In this document: positions 11,096 through 20,261 of the stretch, one piece after another
How the letters are laid out: each line of letters starts with the position of its first letter
Position numbering within the stretch: the stretch's first letter is position 1
NCBI GenBank assembly: GCA_963933215.1
Contig: CAWVSB010000006.1
Location: 112,643 to 176,642 of the forward strand
DNA: 64,000 bases
Direction of reading: 5' to 3'
Origin: an uncultured Cellvibrionales bacterium
Lineage (GTDB): Bacteria > Pseudomonadota > Gammaproteobacteria > Pseudomonadales > CAWVSB01
Made by a program: the position numbers and the translations under genes
The notes under the pieces: model-generated
What the model was told of the DNA's origin: nothing
The model's input: only the letters and a program-made list of their open reading frames with translations
Databases searched by the model: none

Positions 11096-11398
11096 ATGAT
11101 CAATAGTGATTATAGACAAAGCAGTAATAGCAACGTTAACAGCAGCTCGCTTCCTAGGGACTATTTAGTAGTTAACAACAATGGTGGTTTTCACTGTGTT
11201 GAAGAAGATGGCAGAGTTATTTACCACTGGGTTGACACCGCCATTGAGCACCTAAGCAGTGCAAAGCTCTGGGATATTTTACATTTAGCCAAAATACCCA
11301 GTTATGGTATTGACCAACATTTTGCCAGCCAGGTGATTGACGAACTTAAATTTCGTAACCACTTTGACGAAAGCAAACCTTGGATGCAGCCACACTAA
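11096..11398 (+). CDS. Hypothetical protein (no recognisable family)
   Basis: 100-aa ORF with a good RBS (GAGGAA 8 nt upstream of the ATG). N-terminus is S/N-rich and low-complexity. I recognise no motif. Confidence 0.55.
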   Translation: MINSDYRQSSNSNVNSSSLPRDYLVVNNNGGFHCVEEDGRVIYHWVDTAIEHLSSAKLWDILHLAKIPSYGIDQHFASQVIDELKFRNHFDESKPWMQPH

Positions 11399-11664
11399 GT
11401 GCTGAAATCGTTTTTGTACCGCAAGGTTTCAGCGCCAACAAACTAAGTTTGCTGTGACCAAACTTATCAACCCCGCACATCATATTTTAATAATTAATGC
11501 CTGCACAGTTTTTCGCAGGGCATTAATGCGCTAAGTTTCCTGAATTACTCGCTGTGTAACTGTTGTACAAACATATTTATAAATCAATAATTACTGGCAA
11601 AATGACCACTTATGTCCTTTAGTATATGCCTTATATAAAAATTTTATATGCAAAGGAGAGTCTC

Positions 11665-12151
11665 GTGAAATAAGGCGATATTTTATCTTTTCGTTTTAAT
11701 GATATAAACCATCAAACTGGCGGCTTAAAGATGGTTATTCTAATCATCTTATTAAAGAAAATTTTAATTTTGCGTAAGCAAGCTAACAACTGTGAATCTT
11801 TCGAGTGGCGACAATCAGCCTATGAACGCTTAGCTGAAATCATTGTTTTAGATCAGTTCTCCAAAAATTTATTTAACGATACAGCCAAGGCTTTCGATTC
11901 TAACTCATTAGTATTGGCACTTGCTCAAGAGGCTATTTCACTGGGCTTACAGCATCAACATAACCAACTAGAAAGAAGCTTTATAATTGCACAGTGAATC
12001 TCTCTATTGATGATATTGTTGTTGAGTTATATAACCGCAACGGCATTCAATCACAGGTCGAATTAGAAATAAACCATCGAGATATCATCAAAAATCCTGT
12101 CGACATCCACATCGAAATGGTATTTTAAATCGTCAATCAACTAATCTGTGA
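11665..12151 (+). pseudogene. Decayed DUF924-family gene
   Basis: RBS GGAGAG plus GTG at 11665 is followed by TAA at codon 3. DUF924-like segments then appear in three frames: DILSF..WRQSAYERLAEIIVLDQFSKNLF (to 11997), ..ELEINHRDIIKNP (to about 12100) and RHPHRNGILNRQST (12101-12151). Confidence 0.6.
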
Positions 12152-12365
12152 TAGCGTTTTTAAAACAGTCTGAGGCGTCTTCTAATCAACACACAATAGG
12201 AATGTAACACTCAATGACCGAGTAAAGTCTGTCTATAAAAATTATGGCCCCATACTAAGTAAAATAAAGTTGCTAGATGATTTGGGTAACCTGGCAAATA
12301 GCGATAAAATATCTGCCTATATTAAAATTGCAGGGTAATAAAACTGGTAAAACTATGACAAAACC

Positions 12366-12779
12366 ATGCTAACAATATCAAACAATGTTTCTTTACCCTT
12401 CGACGAGATAGAGCTTAGTGCTATTCGCGCCCAAGGCGCTGGTGGCCAAAATGTAAATAAGGTCTCTAGTGCTATTCATTTACGGTTTGATATTAGTGCT
12501 TCGTCTTTGCCAGAGTTTTACAAAATGCGACTACTCGCGTTGAAAGATAAACGGATAAACAAGGAAGGAGTGGTTGTTATAAAGGCGCAACAGCATCGCA
12601 CTCAAGAAAAAAATCGTAATGCCGCGCTAGAGCGATTATTAGAACTAGTTAAAAGCGTAAAAAACGTGCAACGAGCAAGAGTTGCCACCCGCCCGACAAG
12701 AGGCTCGGTGACCCGCAGGCTGGATGGTAAAACAAAGCGCTCTAGAGTTAAATCGCTACGTGGTAAAGTTACCGACTGA
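12366..12779 (+). CDS. arfB: Alternative ribosome-rescue factor ArfB (peptidyl-tRNA hydrolase, YaeJ)
   Basis: 137 aa with the GGQ motif (GAGGQNVNKVSSAIHLRF) and a basic C-terminal tail, as in ArfB/YaeJ. Confidence 0.92.
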   Translation: MLTISNNVSLPFDEIELSAIRAQGAGGQNVNKVSSAIHLRFDISASSLPEFYKMRLLALKDKRINKEGVVVIKAQQHRTQEKNRNAALERLLELVKSVKNVQRARVATRPTRGSVTRRLDGKTKRSRVKSLRGKVTD

Positions 12780-14307
12780 TCTGATCGGCCTCAACATATA
12801 ACGGTAGTTCAAAATAAAAGGTCGTGCCGGCATCAATATTGCGTTCAAAGCCAATCTGGCCACCATGCTGCTGAATGATAGATGCACATACTGACAGTCC
12901 TATCCCAGTACCATCTGATTTAGTCGTATAAAATGGATGAAATAGTTTTTCTTCCGCACCCCCTTCTAGGCCAATGCCTTGGTCGATAAACGACACTTTT
13001 ATAAAACCCTCGACAGGCTCTACGACAACGCTAACACCTTGCTGTTTGTTAGTCACATCCTTCATCGCCTCCATCCCATTACGCAATAAATTAAGCGCTA
13101 CCTGCTGAATTTGAACCTCATCAATATAGACATCAGGAACTTTATCTTCGGGCATAAATATAATGGGTACGCCATTGTTACGACTATCCACCTCCGCCAA
13201 ACTCAATACATCAATAATTAATTGATTGGGCGAACGGACAAAACGTTCACTCTTAGGCGTACGCACAAATTGTCGTAAGCGCTCTATCACTTCGCTAGCC
13301 CGAATAGCTTGGGTTTGCATTTTACCCAAGGTATCAGCCATTTTTTCGGGTTCAGGAATTCCTTTAGCAAGTAAGCGCCGGGCAACGCTAGCATAGTTAG
13401 CAATAGCGGTAAGCGGCTGATTAACTTCATGAGCAAAACCGGCAGCCATCTCACCCATCGTGCTAAGACGCTCTACATGGGCTAAATGCTGACTTTGGTT
13501 TCTTAACTGATCTTGCGCTGCGTTCAATGCCTGCTGGTCTTTAAGTCTTTCAGTAATATCCCTAAAAACTAATACACCACCAACTACCTCATTATTAACA
13601 ATGTTGGGGGTTAAGCATACTGAGGCTGGAAACAAACTAGTGTCTTTTCGCGTTAGAAAAATATTGTCCAGCTCTACAATATTGCCGTTAGCAAGCGAGA
13701 GTTGATTTATGCCGGCATCAACAGCGGCCTTACCTAGATGGGTTGAGAAAATATTTTTACTTATAATTTCTTGCTCTTGCCAGCCACAAAAATTTAGCGC
13801 GGCAGGGTTTGCATAATTAATCGAGCCATCTAAGGCAATACCATAAATACCCTCTGACATACTGTTAAGAATACGATCTATTTCAGATTCTAAACGTTGA
13901 TTTTTTAACGCCAGCTCACGTTCAAGACGCTTAACTTTAACGTGGGTCGCCACCCGCATAACTACTTCATCCGCCTGGAAAGGCTTAGAAATATAGTCGA
14001 CCCCACCAACTCGAAAGCCTTTTACTTTCGATTCAACATCACCCAATGCCGACAAAAACACAACGGCAACGTCCGCAATGTCAGCATCAGCCTTAACGAT
14101 TTCACAGACTTCAAAACCATCCATTTCAGGCATCATGACATCTAACAACACTAATGATGGATGCGCACTGCGGATAATATCTAAAGCAGTTACGCCGTCT
14201 TTGGCGACCAGTAAACGATAGCCTTTGTTCTCCAGTGTTTTATATAAGACTTCTAGATTGGTTGGATTATCGTCAACCAATAAAATTGTTTGTTGATCGT
14301 TACTCAC
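12769..14307 (-). CDS. Receiver-PAS-histidine kinase (REC-PAS-HisKA-HATPase)
   Basis: N-terminal receiver (LLVDDNPTN, LLDVMMPEMDG, SKPF), a central PAS-like region, a FixL/NtrB-type H-box (FAHEVNQPLTAI), then N, G1 and G2 boxes (LLRNGMEA, DQGIGL, GTGIGLS). The GTG start overlaps the upstream kinase stop by 8 nt. Confidence 0.85.
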   Translation of the reverse strand: MSNDQQTILLVDDNPTNLEVLYKTLENKGYRLLVAKDGVTALDIIRSAHPSLVLLDVMMPEMDGFEVCEIVKADADIADVAVVFLSALGDVESKVKGFRVGGVDYISKPFQADEVVMRVATHVKVKRLERELALKNQRLESEIDRILNSMSEGIYGIALDGSINYANPAALNFCGWQEQEIISKNIFSTHLGKAAVDAGINQLSLANGNIVELDNIFLTRKDTSLFPASVCLTPNIVNNEVVGGVLVFRDITERLKDQQALNAAQDQLRNQSQHLAHVERLSTMGEMAAGFAHEVNQPLTAIANYASVARRLLAKGIPEPEKMADTLGKMQTQAIRASEVIERLRQFVRTPKSERFVRSPNQLIIDVLSLAEVDSRNNGVPIIFMPEDKVPDVYIDEVQIQQVALNLLRNGMEAMKDVTNKQQGVSVVVEPVEGFIKVSFIDQGIGLEGGAEEKLFHPFYTTKSDGTGIGLSVCASIIQQHGGQIGFERNIDAGTTFYFELPLYVEADQISR

Positions 14308-17005
14308 TATGCTCTGACTCGGTAATTTTCTGGCTTAAGGTTTGACAATAGGCTCTCACTGCATCCATCGAAAAGCTTTCTACTAGCCGCTGTAAATGCG
14401 TAACTCTAGCATCCTCTTCGCTCATTAAATCAGCCAACATAGCGATCTGCTTACGCAATTCAAAAACATCACCCATTCGTGCAGTTTGTTCAATGTCAAA
14501 ACACAGAGCTTTCAGTTGCTCTTGCTCAATATCGGTAAGTTCAATCTCAACTGGTTCTGTAACTTGCGCGGCCTCAACTATGTTGTCACCTGGGGCGACG
14601 ACAAACTCTATATCAAGCAGCTTGGCTATTTGTTCGAACAGCGCATTAATATCTATCGGTTTTGAAACAAAAACATTACAACCAGCACTAAGCACTTCTT
14701 TATGTAACTCTGGCTGAATTGTTGCTGAAATAGCAATGATTGGGATCGTCGCTGTAATACTATCAGCCCGCAGTATGCGCGTTGCCTCAAGACCACCCAT
14801 TACCGGCATACGTAAATCCATCAGCACTAAATCAACATCATGGTTTTGCAGAAAACTTACTGCTTGCTGACCATTGTCGGCCTGATGTACCACAAACTTA
14901 GCGGCAGTTAGTAGCTGTGCCAAAATATCTCGATTGGTAGCATTGTCATCAGCCACTAATACATCAACAACTTTTCCTTTTGGCAATACTGGCAATTTAC
15001 TGCCGCTAGCTATTGGACTGGGCACAGGTCCCTCAGCAACGGTATAGGGCAAACTAAATGCAAATTCTGAACCTTGATTGACTTCGCTACTGACATTTAA
15101 ATCAGCACCCAAAGCTTGGCAAATCTCGCGAGTAATCGACAAACCTAAACCAGTACCGCCGGCTTCTCGCCCTTCTCGGGTCTGGGCAAACGGACTAAAT
15201 ATCTCCTGTTGTTTATCATCAGGGATGCCAATACCGGTATCCCATACAGAAAAATGTAACTCATTTTTCCCCGCTACACGAGTAACACTTAAGGTTACCG
15301 AACCATGGTCAGTAAATTTAATAGCATTACCTAGCAAGTTAATTAATACCTGACGCAATTTCATTGCATCAGTGCAAATAGTTTGCGGTATGTCTTCTTG
15401 ATTCACCCTAAATAGCAGACCTTTTTCATTGGCTCTGGGCTGCACCACATCGACCACCCGTTGCAATAGCTGCGGTAAGACACAGGCTTGAATATCTACT
15501 TCCAGCAAGCCACGCTCTATGCGCTCTAAATCTAGTACATCATTAATTAGCTCTAATAGATGCTGGCCACAGCTTTCTATGGCAGACAAAGTTTCCCGTT
15601 GCCCGGCTTGAATGTTTTGATCGCGCTGTAATAGTTGCGAATAGCCCAACACCCCGTTGAGAGGAGTCCGCAGCTCATGGCTCATCCGTGATAAAAACTC
15701 ACCTTTTGCTCGATTTGCTCTATCAGCTTGCTGCGATGCTTCTTCGGCTTTCGCTAATGCAGCATTGAGCGCTTCAGTTCGCTCTCTAATCTGAGCTGCC
15801 ATTTCATTAAAGGTGCCGACTAGATCAATAATTTCTCTAGAGCCAGGCTTCTCCATTATCGAATCTGAATAATCACCCCCAGCTAACCGCTTAGCATTTT
15901 TTAACAATGCTAATAGTGGCCGCTCAGTTTGACGAGAGAAGATATATGCGACTACCAGTAACACTAAGAAACCTAGCCACAACCATAATAAGAGTTGCGA
16001 TGCATTAGCACGCAATGAGCGAAAAACCTCATGATCACTAATTTCTGCGATTAATACCCATTCCATCATATCGATACGAATTGGCTGCCAAACAGAAAAT
16101 ACAGTTTCGCCGTTGTAGCCTTCAATAATACTTTGTCCGCCAAAACCAGCTAAACCCTCGCGCACTGCCCTGCTATCAACAAACTGCTGCATCACAGAGG
16201 TATCGGGAGAAAAGCGTGATTCGGTTAACATTAGTTTTTCTGGATTAACCAAATAAGTTTCACCACTATCACCAAGCCCTGGACGCAAAGCCATAATGCC
16301 GTTTATTAACTCGCCTGAAAATTGCTGAATCAAGACTGCTTCCGGCTCGCCGTCAATTGATAGCAATACCGCCGCGCATGCTTTATGCGGACTCAGGTCT
16401 GTCTTTAATTCAAAATCTTCAAACACCACATCACCGGGAGAGTTTTTGGCTCGTATAAAACAGCGCGTTAGTGACGCTCCCCAATCTTCATTATTTCGAA
16501 TGCGTTTCATTAACTGACCGCTGTCACCTAACTTGTAGATAACCATGCCATCGTCTGGTCGTAAAATAAGAATTTCACTACCAGGGAATGAGCTTTCAAC
16601 AAAACGGAAGTAAGGGTGAATGCGCGCATGTGACTGCCAATACAAACTAAGCTTGTCGCCAATAAGCGGATCTTCGCCTTTTTCGTTATTTCGTATTTGA
16701 CGGTACAGTTCAAAACTTGAATCACTGCGGCCAACTAATTTATTCACAAACCGCAGTTCATCTACCAAAGCAACGTTAGCGGCCAGCGACACTAAACCAC
16801 GCTGCAATTCTTCAAACTCACGCAGCAACCATAATGTTTTCAAATTATTAGCTGAATTTATCCGATCAAATGCTTGACGTTTTTCGTTACTGATAGCTGT
16901 CGGCACCACCACCAAGGTAGCCGACACTAACATCACCACGATAATAGCAACCAGCAACATCATTATTTGATATCTAAAGCGCAAATTGCCTTTACGCGAC
17001 GCCAT
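14300..17005 (-). CDS. Membrane hybrid sensor histidine kinase (periplasmic sensor-HAMP-HisKA-HATPase-REC)
   Basis: 901 aa. Two TM segments flank a periplasmic domain of about 300 aa. Then HAMP, H-box SHELRTPLNG, HATPase (NLLGNAIKFT, DTGIGI, GTGLGLSI), a receiver (VLVADDNATN, LMDLRMPVMGG) and a helical tail of about 110 aa. Confidence 0.88.
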   Translation of the reverse strand: MASRKGNLRFRYQIMMLLVAIIVVMLVSATLVVVPTAISNEKRQAFDRINSANNLKTLWLLREFEELQRGLVSLAANVALVDELRFVNKLVGRSDSSFELYRQIRNNEKGEDPLIGDKLSLYWQSHARIHPYFRFVESSFPGSEILILRPDDGMVIYKLGDSGQLMKRIRNNEDWGASLTRCFIRAKNSPGDVVFEDFELKTDLSPHKACAAVLLSIDGEPEAVLIQQFSGELINGIMALRPGLGDSGETYLVNPEKLMLTESRFSPDTSVMQQFVDSRAVREGLAGFGGQSIIEGYNGETVFSVWQPIRIDMMEWVLIAEISDHEVFRSLRANASQLLLWLWLGFLVLLVVAYIFSRQTERPLLALLKNAKRLAGGDYSDSIMEKPGSREIIDLVGTFNEMAAQIRERTEALNAALAKAEEASQQADRANRAKGEFLSRMSHELRTPLNGVLGYSQLLQRDQNIQAGQRETLSAIESCGQHLLELINDVLDLERIERGLLEVDIQACVLPQLLQRVVDVVQPRANEKGLLFRVNQEDIPQTICTDAMKLRQVLINLLGNAIKFTDHGSVTLSVTRVAGKNELHFSVWDTGIGIPDDKQQEIFSPFAQTREGREAGGTGLGLSITREICQALGADLNVSSEVNQGSEFAFSLPYTVAEGPVPSPIASGSKLPVLPKGKVVDVLVADDNATNRDILAQLLTAAKFVVHQADNGQQAVSFLQNHDVDLVLMDLRMPVMGGLEATRILRADSITATIPIIAISATIQPELHKEVLSAGCNVFVSKPIDINALFEQIAKLLDIEFVVAPGDNIVEAAQVTEPVEIELTDIEQEQLKALCFDIEQTARMGDVFELRKQIAMLADLMSEEDARVTHLQRLVESFSMDAVRAYCQTLSQKITESEHSE

Positions 17006-17167
17006 TTATTAGCCTTGCTTTAAGTTTCAATATTTTTACTATTCTCTTAATCAAAACAGTGTATCACCCTAGGTTGAGCATGCCATATATTCTATTTGTC
17101 AGCAGGCAACAAGTGTCGGTATGATAGTGGTTGGCATAACTCGCTATGAATATAATAAGGAGAGCGC

Positions 17168-17782
17168 ATGGCCGCCCTAGATCCAAAAGTTTATATAGTT
17201 GATGACGATGAAGCGGTAAGAGAATCTTTAGCCTTGTTATTAGATTCTATGGATCAAAATTGCCAAAGCTTTAATTCAGCTGTGGATTTTTTAGACGCTT
17301 ATAGTGTCGATATGAACGGCTGCTTGGTGCTAGATATTAGGATGCCTGGCATGAATGGTTTAGAGCTACAAAAACAACTCAATGTACAAGGCTGTATTTT
17401 GCCGATTATATTCGTTACCGGCCATGGCGATGTGCCAATGGCTGTAGAAGCAATGCAGCATGGCGCAGTAGATTTTATTCAGAAGCCTTATCGTGAGCAA
17501 GACCTGTTAGACAAGATAAATATGGCATTGGTATTGGACGAGACCAATCGAGAAGCATTAGAGCATCGTCATAAAATCATTGACAAGCTAGCATCACTAA
17601 CACCGCGCGAAAAGCAAGTCATGGAGATGATGGTAGACGGCAAAGCCAACAAAGTGATTGCCATAGATTTAGGCATAAGTCAGCGCACGGTAGAGATTCA
17701 TCGGTCTCGGGTTATGGAGAAGATGGCAACAAACTCGTTAGCGCATTTAGTGAAAATGGTTGTTGCGGTAGAAAAATCCTAG
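17168..17782 (+). CDS. FixJ/NarL-family response regulator (REC + LuxR-type HTH)
   Basis: 204 aa. Receiver (IVDDDEAVR, LDIRMPGMNG, QKPY) followed by LTPREKQVM..NK.IA..LGIS.RTVE.HR, a LuxR/GerE HTH. Confidence 0.9.
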   Translation: MAALDPKVYIVDDDEAVRESLALLLDSMDQNCQSFNSAVDFLDAYSVDMNGCLVLDIRMPGMNGLELQKQLNVQGCILPIIFVTGHGDVPMAVEAMQHGAVDFIQKPYREQDLLDKINMALVLDETNREALEHRHKIIDKLASLTPREKQVMEMMVDGKANKVIAIDLGISQRTVEIHRSRVMEKMATNSLAHLVKMVVAVEKS

Positions 17783-17790
17783 GGGCTATA

Positions 17791-18111
17791 TTACTGCGTT
17801 AGCAGTCCATCGAGCTGCTCAAAAAAAGCCACTAATCTGCACCCGTCTATGGCCTCGACTTTATAATATTCTTCCGCCATCGGACTTATTTGGGACTTTA
17901 TCGGCAACAGTGCGCGCTTCTCAATTAGCATATTTAGTAGCGGCATAAACACAAACTGAACCCACTGTGGAAAGCTTAGCGTATCAACACAAAAAGGCTG
18001 AGTACTAGCCAATGCCTCAGCAGAGGGCCTCTCAGCTTGCCATTGGTTCAGTCGGCGCAGCTCTGTTTCTAGATCCATCAAGCACTCTGCCAAGGCTGTA
18101 TAGTCATGCAT
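17791..18111 (-). CDS. yqcC: YqcC-family protein (DUF446)
   Basis: 106 aa. The LE.ELR....W....PS.EAL.S..PFC.DTL.F.QWLQ..F pattern matches YqcC. Its start lies 2 nt after the dinG stop. Confidence 0.7.
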   Translation of the reverse strand: MHDYTALAECLMDLETELRRLNQWQAERPSAEALASTQPFCVDTLSFPQWVQFVFMPLLNMLIEKRALLPIKSQISPMAEEYYKVEAIDGCRLVAFFEQLDGLLTQ

Positions 18112-18113
18112 AA

Positions 18114-20261
18114 TTAGGCAATCTCACGACGATAATTAGGCAGCGAATCTAATATTGCCTGGCCGTAGCGCTTAGTAACAACGCGCCGATCTAACAACGT
18201 TATTCTGCCGGTATCGCTTTCTTTGCGCAATAACCTGCCGCTGGCTTGAACTAGCTTAATAGCCGCGTCAGGTACGGCAATTTCCATAAAGGGGTTACCG
18301 CCATTACGTCTAATCCAATCAGCTAGCTCTGCCTCGACCGGATCATCTGGCACGGAGAAAGGAATCTTTGCAATAACTACATGACTGCAATAGCTACCAG
18401 GTAGATCAATACCTTCAGCAAAACTTGCTAACCCAAAAATAATACTAGGAAAACCTTTGTTGATAATTTGCCGATGCAACTCTAGCAGTACGTGTTTAGG
18501 ATGATGATCTTGCAACAACACTTGGCTTTGCACTGCTGGCTCTAGCTCGTCATAAACGCCTAGCATTTGACGCCGTGACGAGAACAACACCAGCGTTCCT
18601 TCGCCGCTGTCTAACAAACTTGGCACAAAGTCTATAATGGCAAGGGTATGCCCCTCTGCATCAGTTGGCTCCACTCCTAGATTAGGCACGTGTAAACTGG
18701 CGGCACCATTATAATCAAACGGACTAGGCACTACCGCAAAGGTACTGTTTACGGGAACGCCGCTGCGAGTTATGTAGCGGTCAAATGAATTTAAAGCGGT
18801 CAGCGTTGCCGAGGTAACAACCGCCCCACAACAGCGCTGCCACAAATTTTTGGACAACATATCTGATGCCATAATTGGCGTGGAGGAAACCTCAATATCC
18901 ATTCCCGCCGTATTGGTCAATGCGGTTATCCATCTTGCTCTGGGCGGCTCATCCTTGTTATCAACCGTTGAGTAGCTAAGCCACAAACCTAAATTAGATT
19001 GTGCCCGCATTTTTATCGAGCCAACAGCTTGATACCAAATTTCAGCATCGTCTTTGGCAATAATCGAATTATGCCCTGCCAAGTCATCATCTAATAAATT
19101 AGCGACTCGCGCAGCGCCATTTTCAAAGCGTGAAAACAAACTATATAGCTGACCAGCCAAAGCCATCACCGCAGCAGGCAACTGGCCATTGGCAAATCTA
19201 ATTCGCAGACCATCGTTGTGAGTTTCGACCGCGTCGCCCTCAGGACCAAGCATGTCTTCAAACATTATCCATAACTGATTTAACAATGCTGTTAGCTCGG
19301 CGATAATCGGCTGAATACGATCTATCTCACGTTGGTAAGCTGCTTCCCCCGCCTCTTGCCCGAGGTTCGCCAAAATCTTGCCACTTTGCTCCAACCACTT
19401 ACGAGTGTTATTTACACGCTGATGATGCGCGAAATGATTAACCGCTTTATCGGGCAATTGATGGCCTTCATCAAAAATATAGATAGCGTCTTCTGGAGCT
19501 GGTAGCACCGCACCGCCGCCGAGAGCTAAGTCCGCCAGTACTAAATCATGATTAGCGATAACACAATCAACTTCTTCTAAGCTTTCTCTGGCTTTAAAAT
19601 AACTGCACTGAGTAACATGAGCACAACGCCGCCCAGTACACTGCGCGTGATCGGTAGTGATTGGTCGCCACACACTGTCTTCAATTATTTCTTTCCAACT
19701 ATCGCGATCGCCTTTCCAATTGCCTTCTGACAACGCCTGCAGCATTGCCTGGTATATTTCTGATGCATCTTTACTGAGCAGCGAACCCCCCTCTTCATCA
19801 GGGTAAAGTGCCAATGACATGGCTTGCCCTGGATCAACTGACAGCAGACCGTCTAGCTTTGACAAGCACATATAACGGCTGCGGCCTTTAGCTAGCGAAA
19901 ACTTAAAATCTAAACCACTGCGTTCTTGAATATCTGGAAAATCGCGATAAACAATTTGCTCTTGCAAGGCAACTGTTGCTGTTGCTACAACTAATTTTTT
20001 GCCTAAGGCTTTTGCGATGGGTAATGCTGCCACCGCATAGGCAATTGTTTTACCGGTTCCGGTACCTGCTTCAACCACGCAAATCGCAGGCTCACCCATC
20101 CGCTGATCGTCGCTGCCGAGCTGAATCTTACCAAGAGTTTTAGCAACCTCAGCAATCATCAAACGTTGGCCGTAACGCGCTTTTAAATCATGGCTTGACA
20201 ACCACGTACTATAAGCCGTTTGTATCTCATCCTTTAGCTCTTGGCTTAAGATCACTACCAA
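18114..20261 (-). CDS. dinG: ATP-dependent DNA helicase DinG
   Basis: 715 aa, colinear with E. coli DinG: Walker A (EAGTGTGKT), an Fe-S cluster cysteine block (C.GRRC....C....VDC), the DEGH box and C-terminal helicase motifs. The start is TTG 20261 or GTG 20255. Confidence 0.9.
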   Translation of the reverse strand: MVVILSQELKDEIQTAYSTWLSSHDLKARYGQRLMIAEVAKTLGKIQLGSDDQRMGEPAICVVEAGTGTGKTIAYAVAALPIAKALGKKLVVATATVALQEQIVYRDFPDIQERSGLDFKFSLAKGRSRYMCLSKLDGLLSVDPGQAMSLALYPDEEGGSLLSKDASEIYQAMLQALSEGNWKGDRDSWKEIIEDSVWRPITTDHAQCTGRRCAHVTQCSYFKARESLEEVDCVIANHDLVLADLALGGGAVLPAPEDAIYIFDEGHQLPDKAVNHFAHHQRVNNTRKWLEQSGKILANLGQEAGEAAYQREIDRIQPIIAELTALLNQLWIMFEDMLGPEGDAVETHNDGLRIRFANGQLPAAVMALAGQLYSLFSRFENGAARVANLLDDDLAGHNSIIAKDDAEIWYQAVGSIKMRAQSNLGLWLSYSTVDNKDEPPRARWITALTNTAGMDIEVSSTPIMASDMLSKNLWQRCCGAVVTSATLTALNSFDRYITRSGVPVNSTFAVVPSPFDYNGAASLHVPNLGVEPTDAEGHTLAIIDFVPSLLDSGEGTLVLFSSRRQMLGVYDELEPAVQSQVLLQDHHPKHVLLELHRQIINKGFPSIIFGLASFAEGIDLPGSYCSHVVIAKIPFSVPDDPVEAELADWIRRNGGNPFMEIAVPDAAIKLVQASGRLLRKESDTGRITLLDRRVVTKRYGQAILDSLPNYRREIA

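Noticed and set aside
11402-11433. Hairpin gctgaaa...tttcagc after the orphan ORF, considered as a terminator. I also considered the imperfect hairpin aatgcctgca..gcagggcatt near 11497-11525.
   Set aside because: Short stems, large or bulged loops and no following T run. I cannot support these as intrinsic terminators or as a structured RNA.
14300-14640. C-terminal tail of the hybrid kinase, considered as an HPt domain.
   Set aside because: No HxxKG motif is present. The single His lies in the context THLQRL, which is at best a degenerate match. I left it as an unassigned helical tail (see the kinase finding).
18114-20261. DinG considered as the helicase component of a defence system (type IV CRISPR Csf4-like or another DinG-containing anti-phage module).
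   Set aside because: Its length, its colinearity with housekeeping E. coli DinG and its Fe-S cysteine block fit the chromosomal repair helicase. There are no cas genes, nucleases, methylases or other defence-type neighbours, and no CRISPR repeats.
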